A DNA stretch of 64,000 nt from Tolypothrix carrinoi HA7290-LM1 (GCA_019358935.1 JAHHIK010000007.1:32001-96000); one strand, 5' to 3'; shown: positions 10,536 through 21,400, counted from the first letter of the stretch. Numbers and translations are program-made. Notes: a model not told the origin generated them from the letters alone.

Positions 10536-11114
10536 ATGATGCCCGAATTTGAATTAGGAGAGGATACCAGCCAAGAATCAAATTATCCAATCCAAGAAGA
10601 TACTGCATTTACCCCCGATGAAATCGAAGCTATTAAAGCCTACAAAGATAATCTCACCCGAAAACTAAGCAAAAATCGAAGTATTTTAAAGGGATTAGAA
10701 ACAAGCTTTTGGGGAATTACTTCCTACAGTTTAGCTAGATTTTTGATTCTTACCAGTGGTACTCAAGGAATAGCATTAGCAATAGCATCAATCCTCCTAA
10801 TCAATCAAATAACCAATAGAGAAGTATTTGATGAGATAAATATTAATCGCAAAGATGGACAATGGTCAGCTGACAATATGGGTAAACTTATCAAATTTGG
10901 ATTCTCAACCTTAGTCACTGCATTTGTAATGTGGAGTGCCTTGGGTAGTTTTTTGAACATTGTTAACTCATCAAAACAAACCTACAACCAATTGCAGGAT
11001 ACCGTTACAGCTTTTAATAAGCTACCCGAAGACAAGCAAAATGGATTTATTATTGTAGGTGGTTTACTCGTCTTAGCTGGTATCTACACGATTATTGACT
11101 CAAAAAGAAGATAA
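10536..11114 (+). CDS. Multi-pass membrane hypothetical protein
   Basis: Three to four hydrophobic segments (e.g. IALAIASILLI, FGFSTLVTAFVMWSALGSFL, GFIIVGGLLVLAGIYTII). Confidence 0.75.
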   Translation: MMPEFELGEDTSQESNYPIQEDTAFTPDEIEAIKAYKDNLTRKLSKNRSILKGLETSFWGITSYSLARFLILTSGTQGIALAIASILLINQITNREVFDEININRKDGQWSADNMGKLIKFGFSTLVTAFVMWSALGSFLNIVNSSKQTYNQLQDTVTAFNKLPEDKQNGFIIVGGLLVLAGIYTIIDSKRR

Positions 11115-11115
11115 G

Positions 11116-12564
11116 ATGAAAGTCTACTCAGGGTTAACAGTTATCGGGGTAACAATTGCTTTATCAAGTGCGATGTATTTAAGCCAGTCTAATCGTCCAC
11201 ATGACTTAGTAGCAATTAAATTCTGCCCGAAAACTGCCAACTTACCACCTCGCTACGGTGAAGAATTTAGTCAACGTTCCCAAGAAAGTTTAGATAAAAA
11301 GTATTGCGACTACGAGCATAAATTGCTCAAAGAGATATGGTCACAAAAGCAATTTGAATCGTCTACACCATTACCAGAATCATCATTCAGCATTCGTCAT
11401 ATCCCTGCTAGTAATAAGAATGCGATTTGGTTTTTAGTTGCTCCCATAGCTTCTGGAATCGCTTATTTAAGTTGGACTAAAAAGGCAGAAATAGACGAAC
11501 TCTCAGCACATTCTGAATTAGAAGCGTATAAAAGTTGTATTAAATTAACCACAGTCTCTAATCAAAATGAGAGAGAATTTAAGACGCTTCAAACTAATCA
11601 AACATGGGATAAACAAAAAGTTAAGCATGGTTTTATATCCATTGAAGCAATGCAAGATAAGTTAAAGCGCTCCTCTCTTATACAGGATAAAACCCACGCT
11701 TCTACGATAAAACAGTTTGACTTAGCTGATTCCGATATGGATAAAAAGATTGCTGAAAACTTGCGGGATAAACACAAAGCTGAAGCAGATACCCAAAAGA
11801 TATTAGGGAAAAAATCTGATAGTGATTCAGAAATATCAAGTAACCCAAATTCCTATATCCAAGAAAGGGTAAATCAACTATTAGAAGCCTTAAAACAATG
11901 GGAGGATGGTTGGTTATACACAATTATCAAAAATAACAAACCTTTGTGGTTAATTGGTTCCCAAGGCAGCGGTAAAACCAACACAGCAGGGTGTATTGCA
12001 ATCATCCGTAAATATTGCTTTGATGCTCCAATATACCAGCTTATCGACCGTCACGCTACTGGTGAGAATTGGCAAGTGTGGCAATTATTAGATACACAAA
12101 TTAAAGCAGAATCTGAATCCGAAATCGGACAGGCTTTAGAGGATGCTTGTGAGCGTTGGTTAATGAGAATTAAAGAAGTACCGAAACAAAAGCAACAGCT
12201 AGTTATTGATGAATTTACCAATCTCAAAAAAATCCCATCTTGTAAAGAGTCAGCTATGAAGTTTTTCTCCATGCACCTGACTGATACCAGAAAAGCGAAA
12301 GAGTTTTTTATTGGCATCAATCATTATTTTACCAATGAAAGCACAGTGGAAGGCACATTTGAAGCACGTAAGGCTGGCACGATTCAAATCAAAAAGTTTT
12401 CTGCAAATGGCGAAACACCATTATCAAGAGTACAAATTGTACATGGTTTGGTGGATAGCAATGGTAACGAATTAGAAGAAGTTGAACAAACACTCCCTAG
12501 TTGGTTTGAGGCAGTACAAATTTACAACCATTTCAACGGTAAACCAATCGATTTTGAGGGATAA
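11116..12564 (+). CDS. Membrane-anchored P-loop ATPase (FtsK/HerA/coupling-protein-like)
   Basis: Two N-terminal TM segments, coiled coil, Walker A GSQGSGKT, Walker B LVIDEF. Confidence 0.75.
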   Translation: MKVYSGLTVIGVTIALSSAMYLSQSNRPHDLVAIKFCPKTANLPPRYGEEFSQRSQESLDKKYCDYEHKLLKEIWSQKQFESSTPLPESSFSIRHIPASNKNAIWFLVAPIASGIAYLSWTKKAEIDELSAHSELEAYKSCIKLTTVSNQNEREFKTLQTNQTWDKQKVKHGFISIEAMQDKLKRSSLIQDKTHASTIKQFDLADSDMDKKIAENLRDKHKAEADTQKILGKKSDSDSEISSNPNSYIQERVNQLLEALKQWEDGWLYTIIKNNKPLWLIGSQGSGKTNTAGCIAIIRKYCFDAPIYQLIDRHATGENWQVWQLLDTQIKAESESEIGQALEDACERWLMRIKEVPKQKQQLVIDEFTNLKKIPSCKESAMKFFSMHLTDTRKAKEFFIGINHYFTNESTVEGTFEARKAGTIQIKKFSANGETPLSRVQIVHGLVDSNGNELEEVEQTLPSWFEAVQIYNHFNGKPIDFEG

Positions 12565-12609
12565 CTAATGAATAAACAACAATTATAATAAGATGATAGG
12601 GAATTAATT

Positions 12610-12831
12610 ATGCGATTAGAACCACTTTATCAACAAGACCGGGAACAAGCCAAACTCGAAGGAGAACGCCTTGTTGTCGAAAACTTACTACGAGTTCGCT
12701 TTGGTTCATTAGATAACGAATTAAGCGCAATTATTTCACCATTATTAGCTTTATTGCCAGAAGAGTTTACCCCATTACTAATGCAGTTATCGCGGTCGGA
12801 ATTAATTGCTATGTTTGGTGGACAATCTTAA
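12610..12831 (+). CDS. Small protein matching the C-terminal (DUF4351-like) tail of cyanobacterial Rpn/PD-(D/E)XK-family proteins
   Basis: MRLEPLYQQDREQA...ERLVVENLLRVRFGSLD...LMQLSRSELIAMF; AGGGA upstream of the ATG. Confidence 0.65.
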   Translation: MRLEPLYQQDREQAKLEGERLVVENLLRVRFGSLDNELSAIISPLLALLPEEFTPLLMQLSRSELIAMFGGQS

Positions 12832-12879
12832 TATTTAATTGGTCAGTTGTAACAAAAGCGAAAATTCAGAAAAATAGCC

Positions 12880-12908
12880 ATGTCGGAGATATTATCCCCG
12901 ACATTTTT
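12880..12908 (+). terminator. Probable intrinsic terminator
   Basis: ATGTCGGAGAT-att-ATCCCCGACAT followed by TTTT, between convergent genes. Confidence 0.55.
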
Positions 12909-13024
12909 AATGCACTAATAATCACCAAATACTTTAGGTAGAATAAACCCAACAAGCAACGGGTGACGATGCAGATAAGCGCTCTTGCTTATAACTAAAA
13001 ACTAAAAACTTTTTCTAATTACAA

Positions 13025-13345
13025 CTAATAATTAATTCCTAATTCTTTCCACAGAGACAATTGTCCAGGTGAAATATTCCCCTTTCTTCGACAGTGATAT
13101 AATAAATGACAACTGGTGCAGACAGCACAAAGATTTTCTAATCTGTTGTCTTCGGGCGTGAAGTTTTTGTGATGGACTGTAAGTGTTAAAGCCATTCTTT
13201 CAGAACGAGAAAGCCCCTTTGTGCTATCACCTGGACGGATGCATTGTAAGTTGCATTTAGAACATTTCCAATCTGCGGATTGTTTGACCTCTAACGCGAT
13301 ATCTGCCCAATTCTCTGGGTATCTGTTATGGGATTTTTTCAACAT
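13025..13345 (-). CDS. HNH endonuclease
   Basis: CSKC...LTVHHKNFTPEDNRLENLCAVCTSCHLLYH. Confidence 0.85.
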   Translation of the reverse strand: MLKKSHNRYPENWADIALEVKQSADWKCSKCNLQCIRPGDSTKGLSRSERMALTLTVHHKNFTPEDNRLENLCAVCTSCHLLYHCRRKGNISPGQLSLWKELGINY

Positions 13346-13347
13346 CT

Positions 13348-13956
13348 TTATGTTACTGGGTGATATAGTCCCGTCTTCTCGTTAAATTCCCACCCAATGC
13401 CTGAACTATCCTTACGCTTAGACCACCCGACAAAAAGCGGTGGTGGCTGGCTACTTCTCTCTTTGCGTACAGTTTCTACATTTACACCCAATCTTTTCGC
13501 TAAATTGTCTTCTGTTAATGGCTGAATTTTAACACTTTGCCCTTGATAATAAGAATTGTTGTACGATTTATTTCGCTTCGGTTGGTTGTTGAGTCCTGTT
13601 TGAATTTGGATAATAGCATCGGCAAATTGTGCCATTCGGGTTGTAATAAAGTCGATTTTTTGTTCTAGATCAACGAGACGTTTGGTTTCGAGCGTTTCAT
13701 TGCGAGGCTCCTCACCCAACAATTGCGACTCCAAGTTATCAAGTCGTTCGTAAATTGCCCCTACTGTTTGACTTGTGGCATTGTATGTGCTGTCACTGCT
13801 GTTATCCAACGCCAATATTAATTCATCCAAACCTTGAAGTACCTCACTTGTGCGTCCCTGTCGGTGCAACCGGGATAATTCCCTAACTGCGGGAATTAGG
13901 GGAGTGGGGACACGCACCATTGCACTTGGTTTATTATCATCGACCGTTTCGGACAT
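13348..13956 (-). CDS. Hypothetical plasmid protein with coiled coil and C-terminal HTH-like domain
   Basis: LAKRLGVNVETVRK...WSKRKDSSGIGWEF; stop 2 nt before the HNH start. Confidence 0.75.
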   Translation of the reverse strand: MSETVDDNKPSAMVRVPTPLIPAVRELSRLHRQGRTSEVLQGLDELILALDNSSDSTYNATSQTVGAIYERLDNLESQLLGEEPRNETLETKRLVDLEQKIDFITTRMAQFADAIIQIQTGLNNQPKRNKSYNNSYYQGQSVKIQPLTEDNLAKRLGVNVETVRKERSSQPPPLFVGWSKRKDSSGIGWEFNEKTGLYHPVT

Positions 13957-14109
13957 GTTGATATCGCCATTGATAGCATCGCTATCGATATCGAATCTTA
14001 TTGCATTGATATCACAATATCAGGAATTGGATGCTTAAAGCATTATTTGATTAACTGTAGGAGCGGGACTCAACCAGGGGATGGTGAGCAATTTCGCGCC
14101 TAATAAAGG

Positions 14110-14183
14110 GGCAATCTCTTCAATCATCCGGTCAGTAAATTATCTCCATCATTGCTTGCTTTCGGCTCTCTTGGCTACCCGAC
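14110..14183 (+). repeat. 74-bp degenerate direct repeat, copy 1
   Basis: GGCAATCTCTTCAATCATCC...TTGCTTGCTTTCGGCTCTCTT..., 65/74 identical to 27776-27849. Confidence 0.85.
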
Positions 14184-14519
14184 CACGGTGATATCAGTAG
14201 TAATGGATACTGTTGTCTAAGTGTTACAACTCCTCATACAGGCGTGTTGCAGTTCTAAAGGAGCAACAAGAAATTAAAAATTTCATTGTTTGTAATTAAG
14301 TAAGAATGTGTAAATTAGTCAGATTTACGTAAAAGTTTGTGTATGTAAATGTAACTTTTTCAATTTAATAGTTTAGGGCTCAAAACCGTTGTGATGGTTG
14401 TGCGAGTCCGACGTTTCTGGAACAAAACTACCCATGAAGTTCAGTTTTATTTGACTAGTTTAGACAGTGACGCGCTTATTCTGGGACGGGCTATCCGTTG
14501 ACAAATTTGCAATTACCTT

Positions 14520-14716
14520 AACCTCTCACCGATGGGATGCGGGCTGTAAACTGTTATATTTACCCCCCTATTCACCAGACTTTAACAAAATTGAGCAATG
14601 CTGGTTTTGCTTAAAGAGTCGAATCCGCAAAAAACGATTGGCAGTTCGATTGTTTACGAGATGCCCCACTCGGATGTCTTGCGTTTCGCGTCTTAACAGC
14701 CTTGGTGGTTGCTATA
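14520..14716 (+). mobile_element. IS630-family transposase remnant with right end
   Basis: KLLYLPPYSPDFNKIEQCW DDE motif; ends ...CCTTGGTGGTTGCTATA with terminal TA. Confidence 0.8.
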
Positions 14717-14754
14717 CATCCTCCAGCGCTGGAATGAAGGTTGTTTCGCTACAC

Positions 14755-15933
14755 CTAGAAAATATCTGCCGGATCTGCGGAGCGGAGTTTGTTCATAGCC
14801 AGCAACCCAGAAGTCATACACATTAAAATTGTTGATATTAAGATAATTAATATATTATTCCAGTTCATCATAATTGGTAATTTAGTGGCTTTCATGGTGA
14901 AATCATATATGCCTAAAGAAATAGCAAATCCAGGTATATAACCCAAAATTGCCAATATAAAACCCTGTTGAAATACCACATTTAATAAATAATTATCTTC
15001 ATAGCCTATAGCTTTTAAAGTAGCATAAGCAGTCATTTGAGTGGAGATATTACTATAAAGAATTTGATAGACAATGACCACACCAATTACAAAACCCATT
15101 GTGAGCATGAGGTTAAATATAAAACCAATGGGCGTTCTGGTCGCCCAATATTTTTTTTCAAAATTTTGAAATTCTTGCTTTGTAAAGATTAGGACATCAT
15201 TAACTAAATTGGTTCGCAGATTTTCTAAAATTTTTTGCGGTTCGACACCAGGAGCGAGAGTTATTGCACCCACATCTATCATTTCTGAAGTCCGGTTGTT
15301 TAGAAATATCCTGAGGAAAGTTGAGTCACTGACAATTAAATTACCATCTACTCCAAAAGAAGGACCTAAACTGAATAAACCACCAACTCTCATTCTATAA
15401 CCAGTGACTGAATTAAAGGGAAATATTTCAACTATTTGCTCAGTACTTTCCGACTCAAATCTCTCAGCGACTGGTCCAAACTCCGGTCGAGAATTTCGGT
15501 CAAACAGTACCACATCAGAAATTTTAATTTTTTCTAAATTCCCCTCAATTTCTGGTAAATTTATACCTACCTTTCCCGGTTCAATACCAATAACATATAT
15601 TGAGTATTTCTCACCGTTTACAGGATTTTTAAATTTGGCAAATCCCAAATACATAGGACTGATTGACTCTACACCATAAAATCCCAAGGCTTGATATAAA
15701 CGAGTCCGAGAAAAGCTTTGATTTGCAGTCAAAGATTTATATTGAGAACTGACTAAAAATAGATCTCCTCGGAGACTCTGATGCACCTGAGTAGCACTTG
15801 AATAGAGAGCATTTTGGATGCCAAGTTGTACAAACATTAGAATCACAATAAAACCAATGCCAGCCACAGCCATTAAAAAACGAACTTTGTCTCGGACTAG
15901 TTGTAGCCAAGCTAAGGGAATTCTAAAAACCAT
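14755..15933 (-). CDS. devC: DevC-family ABC exporter permease
   Basis: IPLAWLQL start, FtsX-type C-terminal TMs, ends KLRSADPADIF. Alternative start at 15975. Confidence 0.9.
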   Translation of the reverse strand: MVFRIPLAWLQLVRDKVRFLMAVAGIGFIVILMFVQLGIQNALYSSATQVHQSLRGDLFLVSSQYKSLTANQSFSRTRLYQALGFYGVESISPMYLGFAKFKNPVNGEKYSIYVIGIEPGKVGINLPEIEGNLEKIKISDVVLFDRNSRPEFGPVAERFESESTEQIVEIFPFNSVTGYRMRVGGLFSLGPSFGVDGNLIVSDSTFLRIFLNNRTSEMIDVGAITLAPGVEPQKILENLRTNLVNDVLIFTKQEFQNFEKKYWATRTPIGFIFNLMLTMGFVIGVVIVYQILYSNISTQMTAYATLKAIGYEDNYLLNVVFQQGFILAILGYIPGFAISLGIYDFTMKATKLPIMMNWNNILIILISTILMCMTSGLLAMNKLRSADPADIF

Positions 15934-15975
15934 GATTTCAGTCTGTGATTCTTTTAACAGTGTCTTCAATGGCAA

Positions 15976-17172
15976 TTATATTTGAATGGCAACATCCACC
16001 TGTAAGTTGGTTAAACCTGCGACCCGTTGACTATCCTCTAGATTATCGATGCGAATTTTCACCTCAATGACTCTGCGGTCTGTGTCTACTCCGGGATTAA
16101 GACTTAAAATACTCTGTTTACTAACTTGCAAACCAATCTCACTCACTGTTCCCCACAATTTTTTAGTAAACGCAGTACTAGTAATGGTGGCTTTTTGACC
16201 TAGACGCACTTTCTCTATATCAGTTTGATAAACTTCTGCAACCACATACATTTGAGATGTTTTGCCTATCTCAACAATCCCTGAATTACCAATCACTTCT
16301 CCTGTTTTGGTATGAACTTTCAAAATTTTTCCATTTATAGGAGATGTGACATAGGTTAAATCTCGTTCTGCTTTTGCTTGTGTGACTGCAGTTATGGTAC
16401 TATTAAGTTCCGCTTGTGCGACTTGGACATCTACATTACGCACCTCGCTAATGCTTGCTAGTCTGGCTTGTGCCTCCTTTATCTGGTCGCCAAGCGTGTT
16501 CACAGTCTTGTTTAGGTTTGCCTTGGCTTCTGTGAGTTGCTGTTGCACCGTCAGAAGTTGTAAACGCTTGCTATCTGCAATAGAAGCTGAAATGGCACCT
16601 TGAGAATATAACTGCTGATACCGATTGTTCTCGGTTTGAGCATTGTCTAACTCAGCTTGCAAGCGGGCGATTGTTGCTTGTTGAGTGGTCACTTCTCCTT
16701 TTAATTGAGTTTCTAAACGGGCGAGTGTTGCTTTTTGAGCCGAAATGTCTCCAGATTTTGCTCCGGCTTTGACCTGAGCTAGTCGAGCTTGAGCAACTCT
16801 AACTTTGTCTTGTGCCTGTTGCAGTGCCGCTGTCGCTCTGGCATAATCTTGGAGTAACGCCACTATTTGCCCTGCCCGAACTGTGTCTCCTTCTTTGATC
16901 AACAGTTTTTCTACTCGGTTCCCAGAGAGTGAACTGGGGGCAGATAATTGAGTCACTTCGCCTTGAGGCTCTAGGCGTCCCAAGGCAGTAATAGCAACTC
17001 TGACAGGAGCTGCTTTATGGGATTTTAATGGGTGAGTCTGAATATTAGACCGATATTGTGAAAAAATGTAGACAGATGAGACTCCTATGGCTAATGCGAT
17101 AAAAGCTGCCGATATTATTCGCCATCGACCTGAAGATTTTTCAAGTAATCGGCTTTCTTTGTCCGCTGCCAT
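15976..17172 (-). CDS. devB: DevB-family membrane fusion protein (HlyD-like)
   Basis: N-terminal TM, TALGRLEPQGEV, long coiled coil, VAEVYQTDI, DRRVIEVKIR, LTNLQVDVAI. Confidence 0.9.
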   Translation of the reverse strand: MAADKESRLLEKSSGRWRIISAAFIALAIGVSSVYIFSQYRSNIQTHPLKSHKAAPVRVAITALGRLEPQGEVTQLSAPSSLSGNRVEKLLIKEGDTVRAGQIVALLQDYARATAALQQAQDKVRVAQARLAQVKAGAKSGDISAQKATLARLETQLKGEVTTQQATIARLQAELDNAQTENNRYQQLYSQGAISASIADSKRLQLLTVQQQLTEAKANLNKTVNTLGDQIKEAQARLASISEVRNVDVQVAQAELNSTITAVTQAKAERDLTYVTSPINGKILKVHTKTGEVIGNSGIVEIGKTSQMYVVAEVYQTDIEKVRLGQKATITSTAFTKKLWGTVSEIGLQVSKQSILSLNPGVDTDRRVIEVKIRIDNLEDSQRVAGLTNLQVDVAIQI

Positions 17173-17273
17173 ATTTTCATCCCAATCTTACTACGCTAAT
17201 GTGGCTGCAACCGGGCTTATAAATGTCTCTATAAGCATTAATTCTCAAAATACCACCAACTAGTCCCGTTGCC

Positions 17274-17307
17274 AGATCCCCGACAACTTTGGCGAAGTCG
17301 GGGATCT
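17274..17307. repeat. Palindromic intergenic repeat/hairpin
   Basis: AGATCCCCGAC...GTCGGGGATCT between the dioxygenase gene and devB. Confidence 0.7.
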
Positions 17308-17328
17308 AACCACTGAAGCACTAGGAGC

Positions 17329-18396
17329 CTAAAAACTTACGAGAATTCGCCGCTGCTGACCTCGAAACGGCTTGCGTCCATGTCCAAATCGAAAATTATC
17401 AAGAAACAAAACATCTCCTTGCTGCCAGTTGAAGACAATAGTTTCAGCGATGACAGCATCCCATATTGCTTCAATATCTTTGCGTGTAAAAGGAGTACCA
17501 TTGCCAAGGGTACAATTCCAATAAATATTACCGGGAGCATACCACTTTTGGAAAAATAAAAGTACTGGAAGCATCTTGCTCCCTAATTTTAGTAGTAATG
17601 GGCTAGAAGCTGTCGCTATAAACCTAAGGATTGGAGATGCTTTCATTTTATCTGAATTGACAGATGCTACTAAATCACCAAGAAATTCCTGTGGTGTAAT
17701 CCGCAGTGAGTGTTCCTGTCTTGAGGAGTGATAGCTAGTAATTTGATTAACCCAAAGTTCTTCCCCTGTGTGTGGATGGCGACGAATACCTTCTACGGTG
17801 TTAGTAATCACCATGATTTCGCCGTTACTTTCCCAAGTACAGTTAAAACCCATTGCCTTGCACCTTTCTTCGGCAATACGGGTATTTTCAGTTTTGAAAG
17901 ATTGACTCCAACCTTTTAAGTAACTTCCACTTTCTTTCGGTAAGCGTCGGATATAGCGAACGCCGTGAGTACGTATGGCATCCACAAGTTGATTTGGTAG
18001 CCGTTGCAAAACACGCCGACAGTCGCAGATTGGTGTCTGTCCCCCTACCTCTGCTGTTTCTAAACAGAAAAAAAGTATTCGCTCGGGAGGCTTATCAGAA
18101 TACCCCATTTCATTGTGAATAGGAAAGGTGACTGCTGGAGGGAATTCACTTGAATTGTATACTAAGCCTTTCACTGGCTGGCGAACTATAGTGCCACCCA
18201 TGTAATCCGTTGGGGTAGTGATAAACTGTGCTGCGACATCTGCAAAATCTTCAGCAGTTTTTAACGGAAAACCCCGCAGTAAAACGGCTCCATGCTCTGC
18301 AAATATTGAGTTGATTTGACTGACAGCATCTTTGTTTAAGAAATGCTCGCCAATCTCCTCAAAATTTAGTTGAAATGGAATAGTGATGGTTTTCAT
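17329..18396 (-). CDS. TauD/TfdA-family Fe(II)/2-oxoglutarate dioxygenase (SyrP-like)
   Basis: HGAVLLRGF, IHNEMGY (HxE), GGQTPICD, WQQGDVLFLDN, HGRKPF. Likely ATG at 18396. Confidence 0.9.
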   Translation of the reverse strand: MKTITIPFQLNFEEIGEHFLNKDAVSQINSIFAEHGAVLLRGFPLKTAEDFADVAAQFITTPTDYMGGTIVRQPVKGLVYNSSEFPPAVTFPIHNEMGYSDKPPERILFFCLETAEVGGQTPICDCRRVLQRLPNQLVDAIRTHGVRYIRRLPKESGSYLKGWSQSFKTENTRIAEERCKAMGFNCTWESNGEIMVITNTVEGIRRHPHTGEELWVNQITSYHSSRQEHSLRITPQEFLGDLVASVNSDKMKASPILRFIATASSPLLLKLGSKMLPVLLFFQKWYAPGNIYWNCTLGNGTPFTRKDIEAIWDAVIAETIVFNWQQGDVLFLDNFRFGHGRKPFRGQQRRILVSF

Positions 18397-18456
18397 GTAT
18401 ATATATTTCTCGTTTTTGCAACACAACCGCTAATTTTAAAAACAGTCTTTCAGAAA

Positions 18457-21400
18457 CTACTTGACAAGTGAACTCATAAGTGGTGTGAGTTCTTCAGAAA
18501 TTGCTTGCAAAAGCAGCTGTTGATCGCTGTGCAGGAATAGATGATTGCCGCTGAACATTTGCAGCTTAAACGTGCTGCGAGTTTGTTCGCGCCAAGCCGA
18601 AAGGAGATCTTCGGTTATCACCTTGTCTTGCGTCCCTCCAAACACAGAAATGGGACAATCCAGTGGCTCTTCCTCTGTGTAGCTGTATCTCTCAGTCAAC
18701 AAAGTTACTTCCTTTAAAATCTGTGGTAACAATTCCACAAGTTCAGTCTTTTCCCAATACAATTGGAGTAAATCGTTGACAGATACTCCTTTGATCAACT
18801 CGAATTCAGAGAACTGCTCAACAGAAGGATGTAAATAGGGTAGCTGAGGAGCTTGTGAAGCACCAATGAACAAGTGAGCCGGAATTTTACCATTTTCGCG
18901 GCGCAACTGACGGGCGAGTTCAAAGCTGACCAATGCCCCCAAACTGTGACCATAGAAAACGAATGGTTTGTCCAGATAAGGAAGCACAACTTGTGCCAAG
19001 GTTTCCACAATAGAGGTTAGCTCGTCGAATGACTGTTCGCCCAAAAAGTCTTTATTTCCGGGAAGCTTAACGGCACAAACTTCTACATCTGATGGTAAGT
19101 CATCTGACCAAGGAAGAAATACTGAGGAACTGCCCCCAAGGTACGGGAAGCAGAACAGACGCAAGCAGGCATCCGGATTTGGTTTGGGGAAAACGAGCCA
19201 ATCGGTTGGAACTGCTGTCACTGAGGGAGGTAATTGTGTCTGGGAAGTTGTTGCGGTAGTCAAGGAAGTTTCCATCAGTTGCTCAACAAGCTCCACTGCT
19301 AGTTGGGAAATGCTTGGACCCTGCATGAGTTTCATTGTGGGTACACTCACACCCAAAACGCTCTCGATTCGGTTACTCAGTTCCACTCCCATTAAGGAGT
19401 CAAGTCCCAGATTGGTCAGCGGTTTTGATCTGTCTAGCTTGGCGGGAGAAGTTCCTAATACCCGTGCAACTTGTTTTTGCAGATGAGATTCCAAAATCTG
19501 CTGGCGCTCCGCCGGTTTTGCTACCAGAACGGTGTTGCGCAGCGAATCTCTTTCGCTATTGCGCCCGTCCGCCTTTCCTAGAACAGTTGCTTCGTTGACT
19601 AGGTGAGAAAATCGCGCTGATGCGCCAGCCGGGTAAATCTCGCCCCACCGCTGCCAGTTAACTGGCGCTACCCCTGTCTGGACTGCCTCAAGGAGGAGCA
19701 ATTGTCCCAGTATCTGTAGTGCTTCCTGCGACGGCAAAGCTTTCATTCCAATCTGCTCTAAATACTGACCTACGACGGTATTCTGAGCGACATAACCAAC
19801 ATCTGCGATCGCACCCCAGTTGACGGTCAGGGCTGGTAGTCCTTGGGCACGGCGGTGATGTGCCAGCGTATCAAGAAAAGTATTGGCAGCCACATAATTT
19901 CCCTGTCCTGCATTTCCAATAATGGAACTAAAGGAGGAAAATGACACGAAGAAATCTAAGGGTGCGTTCAAGGTGTGGGTATGTAAGTTCCAAGCTCCAA
20001 TTAGCTTGGGTGCGATCGCTTTCGCTAAGCGCTCTTGGTTGAGATCGAGCAAGGGAGCATCGTCCAGAACCATTGCCGCGTGAATAATGCCTCGCAACGG
20101 CGGCATAGACTGCTTAATGTCAGTCAGAACGCCCTTTACCTGCTCCTCCTGGGACACGTCTGCTTTAGCGACTACCACGCGAGCGCCTGCTGACTCTAAA
20201 ATTTTTACGGCTTCAGATGCTGCTGGAGAGGAAGCACCACTGCGACCCATCAGCACTAAGTGCCGCGCACCACCTTCCACCAACCACTGAGCTACTGCTA
20301 AACCAAAACCACCTAGTCCACCGGTAATTAGGTAGGTTCCGTCAGGGCGAAAAGTGACCGTTTCTTCAGATGAGGGAGCTACCGTTACATCTGGCTCTTG
20401 CAACGATACGACAATCTTGCCGATGTGCTTCGCTTGTGCCATGTAGCGGAAGGCGCTTATCACCCGAGATATTGGGAAGACCCGGTGAGGAAGCGGGTGA
20501 AAGGTTTTCGCCTCAAAATATTGCATGACTTCGCCCAATAAGGAGCCAGCTTTATCTGGGCGATCACTTAACAGCTTGTCCAAATCTACCGCAAAGAAGG
20601 ACAAATTATTTTGAAAAGGTCGCAGACCCAGTTTGTTGTTCTGCTCGATATCACGCTTGCCGATTTCTATAAAACGTCCATAGGCTCCTAGCACAGAGAG
20701 GGTCTTAGGGATAGCCTCTCCCGCCAAAGAGTTGAGGACGATATCTACACCTTTACCACCAGTGATTTCCATCACCTGGGAGGCAAACGCTAAAGACCGG
20801 GAATCCATGACATGCTGTACGCCAAGCGATCGCAAAAATTCCCGTTTTTCTGGACTACCTGCCGTCGCGAAAATCTCTGCACCCACCAAGCGGGCAATTT
20901 GGATGGCAGCAAGACCCACACCGCCAGCCGCCGCGTGGATGAGAACCCGCTCACCCTTACAGATCTGCCCCAAGTAGTGCAAGGCGTAGTAAGCAGTCAG
21001 AAAAGTCACAGGGATTGTGGCGGCTTCCTCAAAACTGAGATGCGCGGGCTTATGCACTACAGCGCGGGCATCTGTTGTTGTATGCGTACTAAAGCTGTGA
21101 GGGGCACAAGCAATAACCTCATCACCTATCTTAAACTCTTCAACACCAGAGCCAATAGCGGTAACGATTCCGGCACATTCTATACCAAGCGATCGCCCGG
21201 AGAAAGTCCCCTCTAAACTAGCATCACTTAGCAAATTTATTGCCTTAGCAACATCCTTAAAGTTCAAACCTGTGGCGCAGACTTGAATCTCAACCGAGCC
21301 GGAGGCGGGTTCTTGGCGCGCGTAAGACCGCAGTTCCAAGTTATCCAGCACTCCAGGTGTAGAGATTTCCAAACGAAAGGGTTCTTGATTTTGGACAAGG

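Noticed and set aside
14467..14826. Intact 119-aa gene
   Set aside because: Only the middle matches an IS630 transposase; the rest is readthrough antisense to devC.
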